A DNA stretch of 64,000 bases from the NCBI GenBank assembly GCA_035400945.1, contig DAONAJ010000014.1, forward strand, positions 4,740-68,739, given 5' to 3'. This DNA is from Spirochaetota bacterium. Lineage in GTDB: Bacteria > Spirochaetota > UBA4802 > UBA5550. The notes under the pieces are model-generated. The model made no database searches and was not told where the DNA came from. It saw only the letters and a program-made list of their open reading frames with translations. Position numbers and translations under genes: made by a program. Shown piece after piece: positions 33,564 through 42,008 of the stretch (position 1 is its first letter; each line of letters begins with the position of its first letter).

Positions 33564-35690
33564 TCAGTCGGTAATCTTGTACTTCTGGAGCTTGTTGAAG
33601 AGGGTCGACTTGGGCAGACCGGTTATTTCAGCCGCCTTTCGTACATTGCCCTTCGCCTGCCGGTACGCCTCGGCAAGAAATTCCCGTTCGATGCGCTCGA
33701 TCTCCGCCGCGACATCACAGCCGTTCAGGACCGCGTCCTCGATATAGGTCTTCATGGTGGCGTAAAAATCCATCATCCGCGACGTGTCCGAGATCGCGCC
33801 GATCGCCTCCAGGTCCTTTTCGGAAATCTTGTTCTTGTCGGTCATCACGAGCATGCGGTGGACCAGGTTCTCCAGTTCCCTGACGTTGCCCCGCCACTCC
33901 CGGGAGGTGAGGAAGCGCATGGCCGATACGGTGAATTCGATGTTCCGGGCGCCGGTGTAATCGTACTTTTTGATAAAATGGTCGACCAGGAGGGGGATAT
34001 CCTCCCGCCGCTCCCTGAGGGGCGGGAGATATACCGGAAGGCCGTTGATCCGGTAGAAGAGATCTTCCCGGAAATCGCCCTTGCGGATCTTCTCCTCGAG
34101 GTTCTGGTTCGTAGCCGTGACGATCCGGACATCGACCCTGATGGACGACTCGCCGCCGATGCGCTCGAACACCCCCTCCTGGAGAACGCGGAGGAGCTTG
34201 GTCTGGAGCTTGGGGCTCATGTCGCCGATCTCGTCAAGAAAGATGGTGCCGCCGCCTGCCAGCTCGAACTTCCCCTTCCTCTGGCGGTCAGCACCGGTAA
34301 AGGCTCCCTTCTCGTGGCCGAAGAGCTCGCTTTCCAGGAGCTCCGGGGGGATGGCCGAGCAGTTCAGTTTGATGAAGGGCTTGTCCCGCCGGGGTCCCAG
34401 GGCATAAAGGGCGTCGGCGATGAGCTCCTTGCCGGTCCCGCTCTCACCCCTGATGATGACCGGGATCGTGGACTTCGCCGCCTTTTCAATCACGCTGAAG
34501 ATCTCCTTCATCTTCCTGCTCTGGCCGATTATGTTCTGGAAACTGGAGGAATAGTCGAGCTCCTCGTGAAGATATACGCTTTCGTTCTTCAGCTGTTCCA
34601 GCAGCCTCGAGTTTTTAATGGAAATGGCCGCCTGTTCGGAGAGCACCCCCAGGAGGGTGCGGTCATATTCCGAGAAGGCCCTCGCGGCCTTGCAGGCAAT
34701 GATCAGGGCCCCCGCGACAGCGCCGTCAACGGTGACCGGGAGACCGTACAGGCTCCCGATTGAAAAATTCTTCAGGGCTGCCGCAACGCCGGCATCTCCG
34801 GCGTGCGCTTCCGAAGATACGGCAAGAACCTCGGCCGTGTCGATGATCCTGCCGCCTATCACGCACTCCATCTCCCCGCCGGGATCGCAGGAAAAGCTTC
34901 TCGTTTCGGTGATCACTTCCATTGACCCGCTCCGGCCGTTCCGGAGGACCATGAAGCAGCGGTCTGTCTGGAGGAGCTTGTTGGTCTCCAGGGCTATGTT
35001 GCTGAGCGTCTTTGCCAGCTCTTCATGGGAGGATATCTTGCGCCCTATCTCCATCAGGGACGCGATTTCCTTCACGTGCTTCTCTCCCATCTGGTACCAG
35101 GCCATGATGTAATCCCCCAGCATCCTGGAAAAGGCAAGGCCCATGACCGATATGAGGAAAAAAAACGCCAGGCGGTCAATCACCAGTATGTAATCCACGG
35201 GCACCTCGTGATAGGTGAGGTCGAACCATGAGAGCATGATGATCACCGGCACACACAGGGCGACGCTGAAGACCGTGTACCGGGTGCGGTACCTGATACC
35301 GCCGCTGAAACCGATCAGGTAATAAATGATAACGAGGGGGTCCTGCATGACGCCGTTGCGGTTCATCGTGTAAAAGGAGAGGGTAATGATGCTGATCGTC
35401 ACGAAGGCGGTATCGAGAAAAAGGGTCACGAAACCGGTCCAGGAGCGGAAATAGCCCTTCTGTAAAACCAGGTATATGCCCGCGGCAATGGCGGACATGA
35501 CGATCCATTTGCCGATGCTCAGGATCCAGTATGAGGGAAGGAGGTACCCCAGGAAAAAGCGGAGCGCGAAAATGAGGGGTATGAAGGCAAGGAGAATGAC
35601 CAGCCTGAACCGGGCCACCAGGAGCTCGCCGCTCCGTTGCTTGTCTTCGAAAATTTCCTCGACCAGATTCAGGCGTTCTTTCCGTGACAT
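33564..35690 (-). CDS. Sigma-54-dependent transcriptional activator with an N-terminal ~6-TM membrane domain and a GAF domain
   Basis: The AAA+ core carries GESGTGKE, GAFTGA and RFRxDLFYRI-like FREDLFYRI. The C-terminal Fis-type HTH is NVRKAAEITGLPKSTLFNKLQKY. About 200 hydrophobic N-terminal residues are followed by a GAF-like region. Confidence 0.9.
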   Translation of the reverse strand: MSRKERLNLVEEIFEDKQRSGELLVARFRLVILLAFIPLIFALRFFLGYLLPSYWILSIGKWIVMSAIAAGIYLVLQKGYFRSWTGFVTLFLDTAFVTISIITLSFYTMNRNGVMQDPLVIIYYLIGFSGGIRYRTRYTVFSVALCVPVIIMLSWFDLTYHEVPVDYILVIDRLAFFFLISVMGLAFSRMLGDYIMAWYQMGEKHVKEIASLMEIGRKISSHEELAKTLSNIALETNKLLQTDRCFMVLRNGRSGSMEVITETRSFSCDPGGEMECVIGGRIIDTAEVLAVSSEAHAGDAGVAAALKNFSIGSLYGLPVTVDGAVAGALIIACKAARAFSEYDRTLLGVLSEQAAISIKNSRLLEQLKNESVYLHEELDYSSSFQNIIGQSRKMKEIFSVIEKAAKSTIPVIIRGESGTGKELIADALYALGPRRDKPFIKLNCSAIPPELLESELFGHEKGAFTGADRQRKGKFELAGGGTIFLDEIGDMSPKLQTKLLRVLQEGVFERIGGESSIRVDVRIVTATNQNLEEKIRKGDFREDLFYRINGLPVYLPPLRERREDIPLLVDHFIKKYDYTGARNIEFTVSAMRFLTSREWRGNVRELENLVHRMLVMTDKNKISEKDLEAIGAISDTSRMMDFYATMKTYIEDAVLNGCDVAAEIERIEREFLAEAYRQAKGNVRKAAEITGLPKSTLFNKLQKYKITD

Positions 35691-35964
35691 GGCAGAGAGG
35701 GTAACCGCCGGCGTTTATTTTTCAAATGTTTTTTGGACTGGGATGAAATATATTCCCATGCCGCAGGGGGGGGTTCGCGTCCCTTACCGCGGCATGCCCA
35801 TGATCCCGCCTGTCACCGACACACGTTCCCGCCTTCAAAATAAATAAAAATATTTCTTGTATATAATCAGTCCGGTTCAATAATTATCCCCGCAGCACAC
35901 GAAAGGTAATAACCGGTTTTTGGACATCCGTACACTACAACATACCATTCAGAAGGAGCCGCAT

Positions 35965-36750
35965 ATGAACGTTAAAGAATTATTCGATCTCAAGGGGAAG
36001 AAAGCGATCGTCACCGGCGGAGGCCGGGGGATCGGAAGCTTCATTGCAACCGGGCTTGCCGAGGCGGGCGCGGACCTGGTGATCGCGTCGCGCAAGATCC
36101 AGAACCTCGAAAAAGAGGCGAAAGAACTCCAGTCGCTCGGCGTGAAGGTCATCCCGGTCAAATGCGACATTGAATCCAAGGAAGACATTGACAACCTGGT
36201 AAAAACGTCTGTTCAGGAATTGGGAACTGTAGACATCCTGGTAAACAACGCCGGCATAACCTGGGGGGCGCCGACCCTGGATTTTCCCCTGGACAAGTGG
36301 GACAAGGTCTTCAATATCAACGTGCGGGGACTGTGGATCCTCACCCAGCAGGTCGCCAAAATCATGAAGGAAAAGGGCGGCGGGAAGATCATAAACATTT
36401 CGTCAATATTCGGCTCGCGCGGTTCCCTCGAAATAGCGCACCCCGCCGTGCCCTACAACTCGTCAAAGGCGGCGGTCGAGATACTCACGAAGAACCTGGC
36501 GGTCAAGCTGGCCCAGTACAAGATATACGTCAACGCCATTGCCCCGGGGTTCTTCCACACCGACATGATGGAATACATTTTCAAGCCGGAGATGAAGCCC
36601 ATCCTTGACGCGATGGTCGGCCAGATCCCCCTCATGAAGGTCGGCGAAGAGAACGAGATAAAAGGCCTTGCCCTCTTCCTCGCTTCCAGGGCGTCGGATT
36701 ACGTCACCGGCGCCGTAATTCCGGTCGACGGCGGACTCGGAGCAAAATAA
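35965..36750 (+). CDS. Short-chain dehydrogenase/reductase (FabG / gluconate-5-dehydrogenase-like)
   Basis: ATG 35965 follows AAGGAG. AIVTGGGRGIG, NNAG and YNSSKAA are present. Confidence 0.85.
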   Translation: MNVKELFDLKGKKAIVTGGGRGIGSFIATGLAEAGADLVIASRKIQNLEKEAKELQSLGVKVIPVKCDIESKEDIDNLVKTSVQELGTVDILVNNAGITWGAPTLDFPLDKWDKVFNINVRGLWILTQQVAKIMKEKGGGKIINISSIFGSRGSLEIAHPAVPYNSSKAAVEILTKNLAVKLAQYKIYVNAIAPGFFHTDMMEYIFKPEMKPILDAMVGQIPLMKVGEENEIKGLALFLASRASDYVTGAVIPVDGGLGAK

Positions 36751-36775
36751 CAATTTTCCGAAGATGCCGCACTCC

Positions 36776-36806
36776 GAAAAAAACCCGGCTCCAGGCCGGG
36801 TTTTTT
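36776..36806. terminator. Bidirectional rho-independent terminator between convergent genes
   Basis: A7-CCCGGC-TCCAG-GCCGGG-T6. Confidence 0.75.
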
Positions 36807-36821
36807 GTTGCCATGATGCTG

Positions 36822-39578
36822 TCAGCCTTTGAGGACGCGGTGGAGAACGGCCGCGACATCCTCAATGCGGTACGGCTTCGCAAGAACGTCGCAAAACCCG
36901 AATTCCGTAAACCGTGACATCACCGGGTCCGATGAATACCCGCTGGAGACGATGGCCCTGACACGGGGATCAATGCCGAGGAGGGCCTTAATGGTTTCCT
37001 CGCCGCCCATGCCGCCCACCACGGTCAGGTCGATGATGACGGCGTCAAAGGGCCTGCCCTGGGAGGCTGCGGTGCGGTACCGGTCCACCGCGGCGGTGCC
37101 GTCGCCGGCGCTTTCTGCCTCGTAACCCAGGGTCTTGAGTATCGCGCAGGCCGTGTCCCTGATCGACTGCTCGTCATCCATCACGAGGATCTTTCCCGCG
37201 CCGGCGCCCGGCGTTATCCGTTCTTCGCGGTCGACGCCGTACGGTCGTTCAGAAGCCGGCATAAATATCTGAAAGGTCGTTCCCCTGCCCGGTTTGGATT
37301 CTACCGAGATCGAACCGCCGTGATGCTTGATAATGGAATAGGCGGTGGCAAGACCGAGGCCGCTGCCGTTTTGCTTCGTGGTAAAGTAAGGGTCGAAAAT
37401 CCGGTTAAGGTTTTCCGGGGAAATGCCGGTGCCGGTGTCGGAAACGGTTAGCTTGACGAACTTTCCCTGGCTGACCGATACATTTCTGGCCTTGATACTG
37501 ATCGTTCCGCCCTCCGGCATGGCCTGGATCGCGTTGATGGCGAGGTTCTGGATCACCTGGCTCAGCTGCCCTTCGTCGGCCTCAACCATCAGCAGGTTGT
37601 CAGGAAGTTCGAAGGAGCAATTGACCCGCGTGCCGTGGCAGACGAACTCCGCCGAGTCCCTGATGACGCCCGGCAGGGTGATGGTTTTCTTCACCGGGGC
37701 GCCGCCCCTGGCGAAGGTAAGGAGCTGCTGCGTCAGGTCCTTTGCCCTCAGCGCGGCCTTTTCCGCCAGGCCCAGATGTTCTATTATTTCCGGCTCCTTC
37801 GATCCCATCATTTTCGACAGGGAAATGTTTCCCAGGATGGACGTGAGGATATTGTTGAAATCATGGGCGATGCCCCCGGCAAGGACACCCATCGACTCGA
37901 GCTTCTGCGACTTGATCTGCTCCGATTCAAGCTTTTTCTGCTCGGTGATGTCTTCAACCACCCCGACATAGCCCAGGACGGCCCCGTCATCCGAAAGCAC
38001 CGGCGTGCCCATCGACCGGGCCCACACGACCTCGCCCCTCTCCGAAAGCATCCGGTGCTCCTTCATCCATCGGGTCCCCCGCTGCACCGCGTCCGCCCAC
38101 GATTCCAGCACGGGCGCCAGGTCATCCTGGTGGACGATGCCGGCCCATCCGTTCCGGGCGATCTCGTCCAGGGAAACACCCGTCAGCCTGAGGAGGTGCG
38201 GGTTGGCGTACACGATGCCGCCGGACGCTCCGGTGAGAAAAATGCCGATCGGCGCCGTTTCCGTGAGCATGCGGAAGCGCTCCTCGCTCTCCATGAGGTC
38301 GTCCGTCGTCCTCTTCAGCTCCGTGACGTCGTGGAACATCCCCAACTGGTATTTTTTGCCGCTGATGGTCACGATCGAAGCATTGACGTCCGCGTAAAAA
38401 ACGCTTCCGTCTTTTCTTTTGACCGGCAGTGCCCTCGCTATGTAGCCGCCCTCCTCCCCCTGCCTTTTAAAATGATCGATGACCAGGGGAAGGCCCCATT
38501 CAGGATGGATATCCTTGACGCCGAGGGACGGGATCTCGTCAGGCTCATACCCCAGCATGGAACAGATCGCCCTGTTCCCGGAATAAAATTTCATGGTCTC
38601 AATATTAGCCAGGAGGATGCCGTCGAGGGAATTATCGAAGATGGCCCTGAATCTCTCCTCGGAATCCCTGATGGTAAGCTCCCCGCGTTTGCGTTCGCTG
38701 ATATCCCGTATTATGGTCTGGATATACAGCTCGTCGTTCATGCGCAGAGGGATCGCGGCGACCTCCACGTCAAACTCCCGTCCATCGGGAAGAATGAAGC
38801 GTTCCGCCATCCAGGGGGCCAGCTTCTCGCCCCCGATTATCGCCTTTATCCGATTGGCCGCTTCGGCACGGTAATCTGGATGCACAAATTGGATCACCGG
38901 TTTTCCTATCAGTTCCGTCGCGCTGTTCGTCCCAATTAGATCCACAATGGCCTGGTTCGCGTACTGAATGATACCTTTTTTGTGGAGGATGATGCCATCC
39001 GGGGAAAGCTCTACCAGGTTGCGGTAGCGTTCTTCGCTTTCAAGGAGCAGCTCTTCGGTTTTTTTCCGTTCTGTGACATCCACGATTATTCCCTGGATGC
39101 CGATGATCGAGCCATTTTCATAAATCGGGCTCCTGGATGCCCGCACCCACCGAAGCTCCCCGTTTTTATGATACACGCGATAGTCATCCGCTTCGTAGGA
39201 CTCTGGAAAACCCTTTTCAAACAGCTTTTTCGCAATATCGACATCGGCAGGATACAGGAAATCCATGAATTGCCTGTCCAGCATGTCCTGCGGGGTATAT
39301 CCGAGAATCTTTTCTATGTTTGAAGTCAGATACACGATCTTTCCGGTCATGTCCGTCTCATAAATGACCTCATTCATATTCTCAACCAGGCGGCGATAGC
39401 GTTTTTCACCTGCGGCCATATCCTCTTCGGAACGAGCAAGAGCGGTGTCCCCGGAAGAGGAGGCACCCCCTGTTTTTTCTCCTGGTTCGTATTTTTTCAG
39501 CATGCCCTCGAGTTCCCTGATTCTCTTTTTAAGTGATGAAACTTCCTTTTTCATATTTTCATTCATATTTGCAGGCAT
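36822..39578 (-). CDS. Hybrid sensor histidine kinase (coiled coil, multiple PAS domains, HisKA, HATPase_c, receiver)
   Basis: H-box IAHDFNNILT, G-box GSGLGLA, the receiver ILVMDDE...IIDL and four or more PAS-like repeats. I prefer the start MPANMNEN (ATG 39578 after GAAGGA) over the upstream TTG at 39626. Confidence 0.85.
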   Translation of the reverse strand: MPANMNENMKKEVSSLKKRIRELEGMLKKYEPGEKTGGASSSGDTALARSEEDMAAGEKRYRRLVENMNEVIYETDMTGKIVYLTSNIEKILGYTPQDMLDRQFMDFLYPADVDIAKKLFEKGFPESYEADDYRVYHKNGELRWVRASRSPIYENGSIIGIQGIIVDVTERKKTEELLLESEERYRNLVELSPDGIILHKKGIIQYANQAIVDLIGTNSATELIGKPVIQFVHPDYRAEAANRIKAIIGGEKLAPWMAERFILPDGREFDVEVAAIPLRMNDELYIQTIIRDISERKRGELTIRDSEERFRAIFDNSLDGILLANIETMKFYSGNRAICSMLGYEPDEIPSLGVKDIHPEWGLPLVIDHFKRQGEEGGYIARALPVKRKDGSVFYADVNASIVTISGKKYQLGMFHDVTELKRTTDDLMESEERFRMLTETAPIGIFLTGASGGIVYANPHLLRLTGVSLDEIARNGWAGIVHQDDLAPVLESWADAVQRGTRWMKEHRMLSERGEVVWARSMGTPVLSDDGAVLGYVGVVEDITEQKKLESEQIKSQKLESMGVLAGGIAHDFNNILTSILGNISLSKMMGSKEPEIIEHLGLAEKAALRAKDLTQQLLTFARGGAPVKKTITLPGVIRDSAEFVCHGTRVNCSFELPDNLLMVEADEGQLSQVIQNLAINAIQAMPEGGTISIKARNVSVSQGKFVKLTVSDTGTGISPENLNRIFDPYFTTKQNGSGLGLATAYSIIKHHGGSISVESKPGRGTTFQIFMPASERPYGVDREERITPGAGAGKILVMDDEQSIRDTACAILKTLGYEAESAGDGTAAVDRYRTAASQGRPFDAVIIDLTVVGGMGGEETIKALLGIDPRVRAIVSSGYSSDPVMSRFTEFGFCDVLAKPYRIEDVAAVLHRVLKG

Positions 39579-39808
39579 ACCAATTCCTTCGCAGGTCCCG
39601 CTACTGAGGTTTTCAGGGATTATCAATCTGACATTACATCAGGCGAAACAAGAGGTCAAGAATAATAAAAAATAATAAAATCAGAAGCATGGCCGCTGTA
39701 TCCGCCATACGGGAGCCATCTTCTCCATGCTGACCAAAAACTTTTTCTTGACCGCAGGCAAAAAAAAGACTATCCTGCCCTAACATCGAACAGGTCAGGG
39801 GGGATAGT

Positions 39809-40207
39809 ATGAATATAAAGCGTTTTACCATCGCCGGCATCACTGTTTTTATCACGATACAGGCGATAGACTGGCTCGTCCACGGCGTGCTCCTGGCAAA
39901 GTGGTACCAGGACATCAAGGGCCTGTGGCGGACGGAGATGATGGACCTCATGTGGGTCATGGTGCTGGGATCGCTCTTCTTTTCCTTCATGTTCGTCTTC
40001 ATTTTCACCAAGGGGTACGAGGCGCGGGGCGTGGTGGAGGGCGCGCGGTACGGCCTTTTCATCGGTCTCCTGGTCAATGTATACGGCGTCCTCGGCCAGT
40101 ACGCGATGTACCCGATCCCCTTCGGGCTGGCCATGATATGGCTCGCCTACGGCATGATCGAGATGGTCCTCGCCGGCATGATCACCGCCACGATCTATCG
40201 AACATGA
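39809..40207 (+). CDS. Small membrane protein (DUF1761-like)
   Basis: 132 aa with 4 hydrophobic helices and a GGGGGA RBS region upstream. The family call is tentative. Confidence 0.45.
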   Translation: MNIKRFTIAGITVFITIQAIDWLVHGVLLAKWYQDIKGLWRTEMMDLMWVMVLGSLFFSFMFVFIFTKGYEARGVVEGARYGLFIGLLVNVYGVLGQYAMYPIPFGLAMIWLAYGMIEMVLAGMITATIYRT

Positions 40208-40274
40208 CATAATCAGCACGGGGGAGCGGGGCCAGAAATTCTTGACAAAAACCCGCTCCTGTTAGAGAAGGACA

Positions 40275-40351
40275 GAAGAATGACCGGCGTTTTAAGATGG
40301 AATTGACCATCAGGGAATTCTCGCAGTATCTGCATGTCGCACGCCTGGGCA
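40275..40351 (+). promoter_or_regulatory. ZTP riboswitch (pfl motif)
   Basis: P1 is AGAAU (40276-40280) / AUUCU (40316-40320). The conserved GACCGGCG matches consensus GACUGGCG. P2 is GAUGG-AAUUGA-CCAUC, then GGGA, then the 3' element ACGCCUGGGCA (40341-40351), whose ACGCC can form the pseudoknot with GGCGU. The layout matches published Fusobacterium and Thermosinus ZTP aptamers. glyA lies downstream. Confidence 0.75.
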
Positions 40352-40378
40352 TGTATTACTCTGCTGCAGGAGTGCACC

Positions 40379-41908
40379 ATGGAACAATCTATTATCTTAT
40401 CGTACCTTGAGCAAAACGGTGCGGAAAGCATCAACAGCGCCTTTCTCGCATTTCTTTCCAGCCTCGAAACCATAGCCCGGGTCGCGCCGGAAGTTTCCCG
40501 GAGCATCGTGCAGGAGCTGGCTGACCAGCGGTCCAGCCTTAAGCTGATCGCGAGCGAAAACTATTCATCGCTGGCGTCCCAGCTGGCCATGGGCAACCTT
40601 CTGACCGACAAGTACGCTGAAGGATACGCCTACCACCGGTTTTACGCCGGCTGCGACAACGTGGACGCCGTCGAGGACATGGCCGTCGAAGAGGCGAAGA
40701 AGCTCTTCGGCTGCGATCACGCCTATGTGCAGCCGCACAGCGGCGCCGACGCCAACCTGGTCGCCTACTGGGCGATACTCTCGACCCGCATCGAGATGCC
40801 CCGCCTGAATTCCCTGCAGGCGAAAAACACCAATGAATTGAGCGACGCCGACTGGGCGTCCCTCCGTCACGACATGGGGAACCAGAGGCTCCTCGGCCTT
40901 GACTATTATTCCGGCGGCCACCTGACCCACGGCTACCGCATGAACGTCTCCTCGCGCATGTTCGACGCCCATTCCTACACGGTAAGCCGGGAGACCGGCC
41001 TCATCGACTACGACATGATAGAATCGAAGGCCCGGGAGCTTAAGCCGCTTATCCTCCTGGCCGGATACAGCGCCTATCCCCGCGCCATTAACTTCAAGAA
41101 GATGCGCGAGATTGCCGACCGCGTCGGCGCCGTGCTCATGGTCGACATGGCGCATTTCGCGGGACTCGTCGCCGGCGGCGTCTTCACCGGCGAGATGAAC
41201 CCCGTCGCCTACGCCGACGTGGTTACCACCACGACGCACAAGACCCTGCGCGGCCCCCGGGGCGGCATGATCCTGTGCACCAACGAGTTCGCCGACGCCG
41301 TGAACAAGGGCTGTCCCCTGGTGATCGGCGGCCCCCTTCCCCACGTCATGGCCTCCAAGGCGGTGGCCTTCCGGGAAGCCAACAGGCCCGCGTTCAAGGC
41401 CTACGCCGCGGACATCGTGAAGAATTCCCAGGCCCTTGCCCGCTTCTGCATTGAAGCAGGCATGGATGTTGCCACGGGCGGAACCGACAACCACCTCCTC
41501 CTGGTGGACGTCAGGAACTTCGGCCTCACGGGACGCCAGGCGGAAAGCGCCCTCCGCGATTGCGGCATCACTCTTAACCGGAACTCGCTTCCCTTCGACG
41601 TGAACGGGCCCTGGTACACCAGCGGCATCCGCGTCGGCACCCCGGCGGTGACGACCCTCGGCATGGGCATTCCGGAGATGAAGGAAATAGCGCAGATCAT
41701 GCACGGCGTCCTCGCCAACACGAAGGCGCAGACCGATCCGAAAACCGGCAAGAAAAGCCTTGCAAAATATGACATCACAAACAACGCGAAGGATGACGCC
41801 CTGGCGAAAGTGAAGCACCTCCTGTCTCGCTATCCGGTGTATCCAGAGCTCGACCTTGACTTTTTGCTCGATTCCTTTGTCAACAACGGCATGACGGTGG
41901 CGGTGTAA
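40379..41908 (+). CDS. glyA: Serine hydroxymethyltransferase (long form, ~509 aa)
   Basis: LIASENY.S, YAEGY...R.Y.GC, TTTHKTLRGPRGG and related motifs are present. ATG 40379 follows AGGAG. The ORF-track start at 40334 lies inside the riboswitch. Confidence 0.9.
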   Translation: MEQSIILSYLEQNGAESINSAFLAFLSSLETIARVAPEVSRSIVQELADQRSSLKLIASENYSSLASQLAMGNLLTDKYAEGYAYHRFYAGCDNVDAVEDMAVEEAKKLFGCDHAYVQPHSGADANLVAYWAILSTRIEMPRLNSLQAKNTNELSDADWASLRHDMGNQRLLGLDYYSGGHLTHGYRMNVSSRMFDAHSYTVSRETGLIDYDMIESKARELKPLILLAGYSAYPRAINFKKMREIADRVGAVLMVDMAHFAGLVAGGVFTGEMNPVAYADVVTTTTHKTLRGPRGGMILCTNEFADAVNKGCPLVIGGPLPHVMASKAVAFREANRPAFKAYAADIVKNSQALARFCIEAGMDVATGGTDNHLLLVDVRNFGLTGRQAESALRDCGITLNRNSLPFDVNGPWYTSGIRVGTPAVTTLGMGIPEMKEIAQIMHGVLANTKAQTDPKTGKKSLAKYDITNNAKDDALAKVKHLLSRYPVYPELDLDFLLDSFVNNGMTVAV

Positions 41909-42008
41909 TAACGCCATCTTTTAGCCTGAGGCAGGCGCGGTCACGAGACCGCGCTTACACCATGATGCGTCTATTACGGGGATGGAGGGTTCAACCCGCG
42001 GAATGGTT

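Noticed and set aside
35757-35800. tRNA-like T-arm (GGGGGTTCGCGTCCC) flanked by an 8-bp stem
   Set aside because: There is no D-arm, anticodon arm or CCA-compatible acceptor end. The total length is ~40 nt, so it is only a hairpin and I treat it as a possible protein-binding inverted repeat.
41935-41954. GCGCGGTC-ACGA-GACCGCGC hairpin between convergent glyA and pncB as a terminator
   Set aside because: The stem is perfect but there is no U-tract on either strand. It may still aid termination or 3'-end stability, but I cannot support a call as an intrinsic terminator.
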